This document shows, in pieces, positions 57,348 through 64,000 of a stretch of 64,000 nucleotides of DNA (within the stretch, counting starts at the first letter, position 1; each line of letters begins with the position of its first letter). The stretch is from an uncultured Actinomycetes bacterium (GTDB taxonomy: Bacteria > Actinomycetota > UBA4738 > HRBIN12). The notes under the pieces are model-generated. The model made no database searches. It was not told where the DNA came from and was given only the letters and a program-made list of their open reading frames with translations. The DNA is taken from the NCBI GenBank assembly GCA_963704725.1, contig OY969934.1, positions 288,001 through 352,000 of the forward strand, given 5' to 3'. A program made the position numbers and the translations under genes.

Positions 57348-60113
57348 ATGGTCCAGGGATCGGCCGCCGGACGCGGCGCTACCGCAGGGGCTCCGCTGCG
57401 CGGCCGCGATGTCGAGCTCGCGGCGATCGAGGGCCTCATCACGCGCGCTCGCGAGGGCCGGGGCGCCGGCGCGATCGTGCTGATCGGCGACGCCGGTCTC
57501 GGCACCTCCGCCCTGCTCGAGCGTGCGGCGGCGCTCGCAGACGGGATGCGAGTCCTGCGGTGCGTCGGCGCCCCGACAGAGGTCGAGCTGCCGTTCGCCG
57601 GCTTGCTGCAGATGCTGCGACCGCTGCTCGGGCTGCTCGCGCGCCTCCCGGCGCCGCAAGCCGCCGCGCTGCGAGGCGTGTTCGGTCTGTCGCCCGACCG
57701 GGTCGAGGATCGGTTCCTCATCTCGGTCGGCGCGCTGACGCTGCTCGGCGAGGCGGCGGAGGACGAGCCGCTCCTGTGCCTCATCGACGATGTCGGATCG
57801 CTCGACCACGAGACCGTCGAGACCCTCGTGTTCGTCACCCGCCGGCTGGAGGCGGAACGGATCGGGCTGCTCGTCGCGCTCACCGAGGAGGAAGCGGCGC
57901 GGTTCGCGCTCGCGAGCGTGACCGCCGTCCGGCTCTCGCCGCTCGAGGTCGACGATTCGCTCGCCGCCGTGCGCGACGTGGCCGGACCGGACGTGTCGCC
58001 TTCGGTCGCCGGCCGGATCGTCGCGGCCGCGGGCGGGGTGCCGCTCCTGCTGACCGAGCTCGTGGCGTCACTGTCGGCCGATCAGCTCCGCGGCCGCGAG
58101 CCGCTACCGGTCCCCCTCCCGGTCCCCGCGGGCGTCGAGGAGCTGTATCGGCAGCGCCTGCGGGCGCTCTCCGGGGCGACGCAGACGGCGCTCCTCGTCG
58201 CTGCGGCGACGCAGTTCGGGGAGATGAAGACGGTCTCCGCAGCCCTCACGAGCCTCGGTGTCGACGAGGACGCGTTGGACGCCGCGGCTCGGGCGGGGCT
58301 CGTCGACGTCGGCGATCGCGTCGTGTTCCGGCACCCGGCCGTGCGGCTGGCCGCGTACGCAGGTGCGTCGTCGGCCGACCGCCGGCGTGCGCACGAGGCG
58401 CTCGCCTCGGTCCTCGTCGACGCCGTGGATGAGGACCTCAGGGTGTGGCACCGCGCGCTCGCGACCGTCGGACCGGACGAGGGTGTCGCCGCCGAGCTCG
58501 AACGCTCGGCCGACCGGGCGGCCGCGCGCAGCGGGTGCGCCGGCGCGGCCTCGGCGCTCGAGCGGGCGGCCGCGCTCAGCGTCGACGACGCAGGCCGGGC
58601 CCGCCGGCTCGCGCGCGCGGCGGAGCTCGCGTGGCTCGGCGGGCAGTCCGACCGCGCGATGGCCTTCGCGGGCGAGGCGGAGGCGCTCGACCGCGATCGA
58701 GTGATCCGCGCGAGGCTGGATCTCGTCCGTGCCGCGTGGGAGGCGCAGCACGGCGTGACGAGCGACGCGATCCCGCTTCTCCTGCAGGCATCGTCGGCGG
58801 TGGAGGACGAGGATGCGGAGACGGCGTTGCGGTCGCTCTTCAGCGGCGTGATGGTGATGTCGTTGGTCGGCCGGCGACCCGCACCGCGGGACCTCGAGCG
58901 CCTCGGGCGGCTCGCGCGTCGGACGCCTCACGGCGATGCATTGGTCGCCCTCGTCACGGTCCAGGACTGGATGGCCGCCGGCGCGACGACGCCGGCACCG
59001 ATGTCCCCCGGGGACGTGGCATCGATCGTCGAGCGCGTCGACGACCCGCTCTCCGCACCGTTCGCGATCCCGACCGCGGCGTACCTCGGCGATCTCGGCG
59101 CTGCACGGATCAACGGGGAGGTCGTCGTGCGACGGGCGCGGGCGCGTGGCGCGGTCGCGATGCTCTCGTTCGCGCTGCGCGGCCTGGCGGGGCTCGAGTT
59201 CTGGGCGCGGCGGTTCGACGACGCGCGGATCAACGCGGCCGAGGGCCTGCGGCTCGGCCTCGAGACCGGCAACGAGAACGTGGCGTTCGTCCACCACGGG
59301 ATCCTCGCGGCCGTCGCCGCCGCACGTGGCGACGAGGCGACATGCCGCGAGGAGGCCGAAGCCGCGCTGCTCGGCGCGATCGAACGGGGCAACCGCGACG
59401 CGATCGAGTGGGCGAACTTCGCGCTCGGTCATCTCGAGCTGAGCCTCGGTGATCCGGACGCGGCGGATCGCTTCGAAGCCGTGTGGGCGCAACCGGGGAT
59501 CGGCGAGCCACGGCTGATCGGCGCGGCCGACGCTGTCGAGGCCGCCGTCCGCACCGAGCGGCGCCCGGTTGCCGAGCTCCGCCTCGCGGAGCTCGAGCGA
59601 TGGACGGCCCACACGCACGCTCCGTGGGCGCTCCCGCTCGTCGCGCGCTGCCGTGGGCTACTCGCGACCGGCGAGGCGGCGGAGCTGCACCTCGAGCAGG
59701 CGCTCGCGCTCCACGACGCCGGGGGGTCGGCGTTCGACCGGGCAAGGACGGAGCTCCTGCTCGGCGAGCTGCTGCGGCGCGATCGTCGGCGTGCCGACGC
59801 TCGCCCGCATCTCCGCGCGGCGGCCGAGACCTTCGCGAGCGTTCGAGCCGTGATCTGGGAGGAGCGGGCGCGGCACGAGCTCCGCACGACCGGCGAGGTC
59901 CTCCGCCGCCGTGACCCTGAGGCGATCTGGCAGCTCACGCCGCAGGAGCTCCAGATCGCCAGGATCGTCGCGCGCGGCGCGAGCAACCGCGATGCCGCCG
60001 CCGAGCTCTTCCTCAGCCCCCGCACGGTCGAGTACCACCTCCGGAAGGTCTTCACCAAGCTCGGCGTCTCCTCCCGCGCCGAGCTCGCCCGGATGTCGCT
60101 CGACGCCCCTTAG
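57348..60113 (+). CDS. large LuxR-family regulator with AAA ATPase (LAL/MalT-like)
   Basis: LRGRDVE..GDAGLGTSALL, LIDD, FRHP, TPR-like helices, LTPQELQIA..LFLSPRTVEYHLRKVFTKLG. Confidence 0.93.
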   Translation: MVQGSAAGRGATAGAPLRGRDVELAAIEGLITRAREGRGAGAIVLIGDAGLGTSALLERAAALADGMRVLRCVGAPTEVELPFAGLLQMLRPLLGLLARLPAPQAAALRGVFGLSPDRVEDRFLISVGALTLLGEAAEDEPLLCLIDDVGSLDHETVETLVFVTRRLEAERIGLLVALTEEEAARFALASVTAVRLSPLEVDDSLAAVRDVAGPDVSPSVAGRIVAAAGGVPLLLTELVASLSADQLRGREPLPVPLPVPAGVEELYRQRLRALSGATQTALLVAAATQFGEMKTVSAALTSLGVDEDALDAAARAGLVDVGDRVVFRHPAVRLAAYAGASSADRRRAHEALASVLVDAVDEDLRVWHRALATVGPDEGVAAELERSADRAAARSGCAGAASALERAAALSVDDAGRARRLARAAELAWLGGQSDRAMAFAGEAEALDRDRVIRARLDLVRAAWEAQHGVTSDAIPLLLQASSAVEDEDAETALRSLFSGVMVMSLVGRRPAPRDLERLGRLARRTPHGDALVALVTVQDWMAAGATTPAPMSPGDVASIVERVDDPLSAPFAIPTAAYLGDLGAARINGEVVVRRARARGAVAMLSFALRGLAGLEFWARRFDDARINAAEGLRLGLETGNENVAFVHHGILAAVAAARGDEATCREEAEAALLGAIERGNRDAIEWANFALGHLELSLGDPDAADRFEAVWAQPGIGEPRLIGAADAVEAAVRTERRPVAELRLAELERWTAHTHAPWALPLVARCRGLLATGEAAELHLEQALALHDAGGSAFDRARTELLLGELLRRDRRRADARPHLRAAAETFASVRAVIWEERARHELRTTGEVLRRRDPEAIWQLTPQELQIARIVARGASNRDAAAELFLSPRTVEYHLRKVFTKLGVSSRAELARMSLDAP

Positions 60114-60144
60114 CGCGTCGCACCGCCGCGCGGGGGTGCACCGA

Positions 60145-60174
60145 CCGGTGATCGTCCTGGTCGCTCCACGGATG
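60145..60174 (+). promoter_or_regulatory. triple-hexamer activator site upstream of the 60225 operon
   Basis: CCGGTG-N6-CTGGTC-N6-CGGATG, with CACTCT 20 nt downstream. Confidence 0.55.
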
Positions 60175-60224
60175 TGACGCATCCCCTCGAGCACCACTCT
60201 GGAGGCATCGAGGGGTAGGAGGAG

Positions 60225-60524
60225 ATGAGGACCATGGGACCGGCGTTCAACGCGGGGGCCGAGGTCATGAACCACGTGTTCCGCACGTACCTGCTGATCG
60301 GGACCGGGGCGTTCTTGGTGATCGTCGGGATGTTGCTCGCGGGGGATCGGGTGCGGTCGCTCCGGCGACGCCGTCGCGCTCGCGCGAGGAAGGATGACCT
60401 GTGCTCGGCGTTCGCCGAGGCCGTCGCGCTCGGCGACCTGGATGGCGCCGAGGCGATCGCCGCCGTCGCCTTCATGCAGCCCGGCGTGGGCAGCGCGTCG
60501 AACCGCGGGGCCGGCGTCCGATGA
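60225..60524 (+). CDS. small single-TM hypothetical protein
   Basis: Strong RBS AGGAGGAG, one TM helix, ATGA overlap with the next gene. Confidence 0.55.
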   Translation: MRTMGPAFNAGAEVMNHVFRTYLLIGTGAFLVIVGMLLAGDRVRSLRRRRRARARKDDLCSAFAEAVALGDLDGAEAIAAVAFMQPGVGSASNRGAGVR

Positions 60525-61402
60525 GGCTCCCCGCTCGGTCGCGCCCGCGCTCGGGATGGGGACTCGCCGACGCGCCGCGACACCCGGCCCTGTTCGTGAA
60601 TCCGTCGTCGGGCCGAGGCAAGGCCGAGCGGGTCGGGCTCGTCGGGTCCGCGCGCGAACGCGGGATCGAGGTCGTGGTGCTGTCGCCGGGCGACGACTTG
60701 CTCGCCCTCGTTCGAGGCGCGGTTGCTCGCGGCGCCGACGCCCTGGGCGTCGCCGGCGGGGACGGCTCTCTCGGTGCGGTCGCGGCGATCGCGTCGGCGC
60801 ACGGGCTGCGGTTCGTGTGCGTCCCCGTCGGCACGCGGAATCACTTCGCGCTCGACATCGGCCTCGACCGGCACGACCCGATCGCCGCCCTCGGCGCCTT
60901 CACCGACCCGGTCGAGCATCGGATCGACGTCGGCGAGGTGAACGGACGCGTCTTCCTCAACAACGTCTCGATGGGCGTCTACGGGGACGCGGTCCGACGA
61001 CCGGCGTACCGCGACGCGAAGGTCCGGACCTTGCTCGAGACGGCGGAGGAGGTCCTCGATCTCACGGGCGGCACGTCGGAGGTCGAAATCGTCGACGACA
61101 TCGGACGCGAGCACACGAATCCGGCCGTGGTCATCGTGTCGAACAACCCCTACGCGCTCGAGCCCCGGAACCGGGTGGGTGCGCGTGCGGCGCTGGACGG
61201 CGGCCTGCTCGGGGTCGTCGTCCTCGATCCGCCGCGACCGGGCCGGCCACCCCGGGGCCGGGCGTGGACGGCGCCGCGCCTCGAGGTCGCCTCCACCGGC
61301 ACCGTGCACGCGGGCATCGACGGCGAGGCCGTCGATCTCGTTCCCCCGCTGCGGTTCGGCGTCCGTCCGGCGGCGCTCCGCGTGCTCGTCCCCGCGCCCT
61401 GA
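60521..61402 (+). CDS. diacylglycerol/lipid kinase family protein
   Basis: FVNPSSGRG, AGGDGS, PVGTRNHFA, IDGE. Confidence 0.88.
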   Translation: MRLPARSRPRSGWGLADAPRHPALFVNPSSGRGKAERVGLVGSARERGIEVVVLSPGDDLLALVRGAVARGADALGVAGGDGSLGAVAAIASAHGLRFVCVPVGTRNHFALDIGLDRHDPIAALGAFTDPVEHRIDVGEVNGRVFLNNVSMGVYGDAVRRPAYRDAKVRTLLETAEEVLDLTGGTSEVEIVDDIGREHTNPAVVIVSNNPYALEPRNRVGARAALDGGLLGVVVLDPPRPGRPPRGRAWTAPRLEVASTGTVHAGIDGEAVDLVPPLRFGVRPAALRVLVPAP

Positions 61403-61470
61403 ACCGGCTGTCTCCCCGCGTCTGCGGGGACGGCAACCCTCGAGCCCAGGGTCGGCGGTCAGCCCCCGGC

Positions 61471-61633
61471 CGCGAAAGAGAGCGGCGAGGACCTGCGCGC
61501 GCTCGCCGGGCTGATCGAGCGCGGCGAGATCACACCGGTCGTCGACCGGACGTTCCAACTGGTCGAGGCCGCCGACGCGATCCGGTATCTCGAGCAAGGG
61601 CACGCCGCCGGCAAGGTCGTCGTGACGGTCTGA
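61471..61633 (+). repeat. diverged duplicate of the 3' end of the 51701-52663 oxidoreductase gene (other copy 52501-52663)
   Basis: 163 bp ungapped with 19 mismatches by hand count. The last 33 bp, including the stop, are identical. Confidence 0.9.
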
Positions 61634-61660
61634 CCTCGCGGATCGCTGGTCCGGGGGCGC

Positions 61661-62217
61661 TCAGGAGTCCCCGCCGGGCGCCCGCTTCCCGGCAGCCTCG
61701 ATCCAGCCCATGACCCGCCGTCTGACGGCCTCGGGCCCGGGAAGGAGCTTTGCGCGTTCGGACGGGACCTCGGCCCGGATCAGACGGGCATCGAGGAGCG
61801 CCCGGGCGAACCGATAGTCCTTCTCGCGTCCGGCGACCAGCTTCGAAACGACCAGATCGTGGGGCTCGAGGCAGACGGCCTTGCTCTCGCCAGCCTCGGG
61901 GTCGTCGAACGAGGCGACACGCTTCTCCCAACCTGCGGGGAGGATCGCCGTGGAGAGGCTGACACTTGCCCGTAGATACCGAACTCGTCGTGGAAGGGCG
62001 AGAGCTCGCCGATCGCACCATCGACGAGGTCGGACTTGCGCTCCTCCGGATCGTCGAAGAATGCGATGTCGGCTTCGATCGACAGCATGGCTTCCCGCGG
62101 CAGTGCGTCCTCGTCGAAGCCCGCGAGGATGGCCTGGCTCCCGATCACGAGGATCCGGGGATCGTTGGTGACGTCGCACGCGGCGCGGAGGATGTGCGCG
62201 AGGTCGCTCCTCCTCAC
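61661..62217 (-). CDS. DUF6036-like nucleotidyltransferase (frameshift at ~61965)
   Basis: LVIGSQAIL..SIEADI..GAIGELSPFH | LPAGW..HDLVVSKLVAGREKD. Confidence 0.8.
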
Positions 62218-62747
62218 GATCCGCTCCTGCGCCGGGTGGCCCGGAAGGCGGAGAGCACGCGCTGCCGCTCCTCCTTGGTCAGCACACCGGCGAACGGCGA
62301 GTTCTGCCGAAGCTCACGGAACCGAGGAGCCCTGGACGTGAGCGCCTCGAGGATGCGATCGAGCGGTCCACGAAGGAGAGACTCCCACTCATCGAGCCAC
62401 CGGCGGCTCACACCACGCGAGTGGACCACCTTGAGCTCGGCGAGATTCTCCCGAGCCTTCTGGAGGACGCCCGAGGGATCCGCGACGAGCTTGCCGGCCG
62501 CCGCATGCCCGAGCCAGAGGCTCCGTTCCTGGTCCAGCGTCAGTCGCTGGGTACGGGTTCGCAGCGCCTCGATGTCGGAGCGGCGGATGCGCCGATGCTT
62601 CCCCGTCGTGACGAACGGCAGGTCGCCCCGGTCGCACAGGTCGACCACGTGTTGGCGCGAGGTGTTGAGGATCTTCGCCGCCTCCCCGGTCGTCAGGAGC
62701 TCGTCACCCTCAGGGCCGATCACAGCGTCCACGGCCTGGACTCTCAT
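62214..62747 (-). CDS. excisionase-type HTH (HTH_17) protein, putative antitoxin
   Basis: LLTTGEAAKILNTSRQHVV..GKHRRIRRSD; C-domain LRQNSPFAGVLT..ER. Confidence 0.8.
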   Translation of the reverse strand: MRVQAVDAVIGPEGDELLTTGEAAKILNTSRQHVVDLCDRGDLPFVTTGKHRRIRRSDIEALRTRTQRLTLDQERSLWLGHAAAGKLVADPSGVLQKARENLAELKVVHSRGVSRRWLDEWESLLRGPLDRILEALTSRAPRFRELRQNSPFAGVLTKEERQRVLSAFRATRRRSGS

Positions 62748-62767
62748 GCCGGCTATCGCACGTCATA

Positions 62768-62815
62768 ATCACAAGAAACACAATACCCCGCTACGCGAGT
62801 AGTGTTTCTTGTGAT
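62768..62815. promoter_or_regulatory. 14-bp perfect inverted repeat (operator and/or terminator)
   Basis: ATCACAAGAAACAC-N20-GTGTTTCTTGTGAT. Confidence 0.7.
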
Positions 62816-62837
62816 ATCTGCGCCCGGGTCAGCCGAG

Positions 62838-63266
62838 CTACTCGGCCAGTGCGAGGAGCACGCCCTCGGGGCCGCGGACGTAACAGAGCCGATAGCTGTC
62901 CTCGTACTGCACCACCTCGCCGACGAGCTCGGCGCCGCGGGCCTGCAGGCGGGCGAGGACGTCCTCGATGTCGTCGACGGCGAACATGATGCGACCGATG
63001 CCCAGCGTGTTCACCGGTGCGTTCGGCTCAGCGGTGGTGGCGGGCGGCGAGTGGAACTTGCTCAGCTCGATCCGGCTATGGCCGTCCGGGGTTCGCAGCA
63101 TCGCGATGTCGCTCCGGACGCCGTCGAGCCCGACGAGGCGGTCCACCTCTGGTCCCTCGACCGTCGTCTCGCCCTCCAGCGCCAGACCGAGCTCGACGAA
63201 GAACGCGATTGCAGCCTGGAGGTCGTCCACGACGATGCCGACGTTGTCCATCCGCTTGATCGTCAT
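62838..63266 (-). CDS. VOC/glyoxalase family protein
   Basis: MDNVGIVVDDL..IELSKF..RIMFAVDD..CYVRGPEG. Confidence 0.92.
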   Translation of the reverse strand: MTIKRMDNVGIVVDDLQAAIAFFVELGLALEGETTVEGPEVDRLVGLDGVRSDIAMLRTPDGHSRIELSKFHSPPATTAEPNAPVNTLGIGRIMFAVDDIEDVLARLQARGAELVGEVVQYEDSYRLCYVRGPEGVLLALAE

Positions 63267-63291
63267 GTCCTCGACTCCTCTGTCACGTGCT

Positions 63292-63906
63292 TCAGGGTGT
63301 GGCGGTTGCATACTGCGGGCGCCCGGTGGGCCGGTAGACCTGGATCGTGACGCCCGACGGGGTGGGTCGCGAGTCGACCAGGTCGAGCGCCGTGTCCGGG
63401 CCGGAGTCGGGGAACAGCCGCGTGCCCTGGCCGACGACCACCGGGACGGTGAGCAGGGTGATCTCGTCGACGAGCTGGTTCTCGAGCAGCCACCGGATCA
63501 GGGCGCCGCTGCCGTGCACCTGCAGCTCGCCTTCCGGCTCGGCCTTCAGCTCGCCGACGGCGGCCGCGAGGTCACCGGAGAGGACGGTCGTGTCCGCCCA
63601 CAGCGGGTCGGTGAGTGTCGTCGATGCGACGTACTTGGGCTTCGCGTTCAACACCGTCCAGATCGGGCTGTCGCCCGGATCCGCCCACGTTCCCCAGGAG
63701 GCGGCGAAGATCTCGTAGGTCCGCCGGCCGAACAGGAACGCGTCGGCGCGCGCATAGACCTCGTTCAGGAACCCCATGGCCTCGGTGTCGGCGTACGGCG
63801 TGACCCATCCGCCGCGCTCGAAGCCGCCGCTGCGGTCCTCGTCCGGCCCGCCGAGTCCCTGCATCACTCCGTCGACGGTGACCATCGTGACGGTCGTCAG
63901 CTTCAT
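63292..63906 (-). CDS. dihydrofolate reductase/RibD C-terminal family protein
   Basis: TVDGVMQ, FGRRTYE, KYVASTT, QVHGSG, PVVVGQGTRLF. Confidence 0.92.
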   Translation of the reverse strand: MKLTTVTMVTVDGVMQGLGGPDEDRSGGFERGGWVTPYADTEAMGFLNEVYARADAFLFGRRTYEIFAASWGTWADPGDSPIWTVLNAKPKYVASTTLTDPLWADTTVLSGDLAAAVGELKAEPEGELQVHGSGALIRWLLENQLVDEITLLTVPVVVGQGTRLFPDSGPDTALDLVDSRPTPSGVTIQVYRPTGRPQYATATP

Positions 63907-63931
63907 GGTCGCATGTCCTTTCCCTCGTGGG

Positions 63932-64000
63932 TCAGTCGACCGTGGCCGTTCCGTACTGCGGGCGCCCGGTGGGCCGGTAGACCCGGATCGTTATGCCGCT
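63932..64000 (-). CDS. C-terminus of a tandem DHFR-family paralog (partial)
   Basis: SGITIRVYRPTGRPQYGTATVD*, near-identical to the end of 63292-63906. Confidence 0.75.
   Translation of the reverse strand, partial: SGITIRVYRPTGRPQYGTATVD

Noticed and set aside
62214-62747. Prophage excisionase marking an integrated phage
   Set aside because: No integrase or phage genes nearby; the HTH is fused to another domain and paired with an NTase.

Overview
This is high-GC chromosomal DNA, most likely from a deep-branching Actinomycetota (inferred from gene content, leaderless TANNNT promoters and a long Alu-type SRP RNA). The core scaffold is two tRNA-Ser genes, ffs-dnaX-recR (no ybaB/ebfC) and ask-asd. 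Accessory content includes: a triple-nested IS stack (IS3 > IS30 > IS6110-like IS3) inside a small membrane-protein gene; an MFS-MazG-Eis-GNAT-APH operon; a ~15 kb sugar locus (AgaR-like DeoR, SIS, ABC importer, GH114, two GH4, SDR, MBL, Zn-dehydrogenase, PfkB) that may catabolise alpha-1,4-galactosamine polymers; a TetR-controlled FAR-HAD / Zn-dehydrogenase / LarA-like / PlsC operon that looks like an ether-lipid pathway; three toxin-antitoxin-like modules; and a ~9 kb block bounded by a 163-bp duplicated gene end. That block carries a LuxR-AAA regulator and three promoters sharing a 30-bp triple-hexamer motif. About nine single-base frameshifts are most simply read as sequencing or consensus errors. 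All assignments come from motif recognition by eye; no database searches were run.
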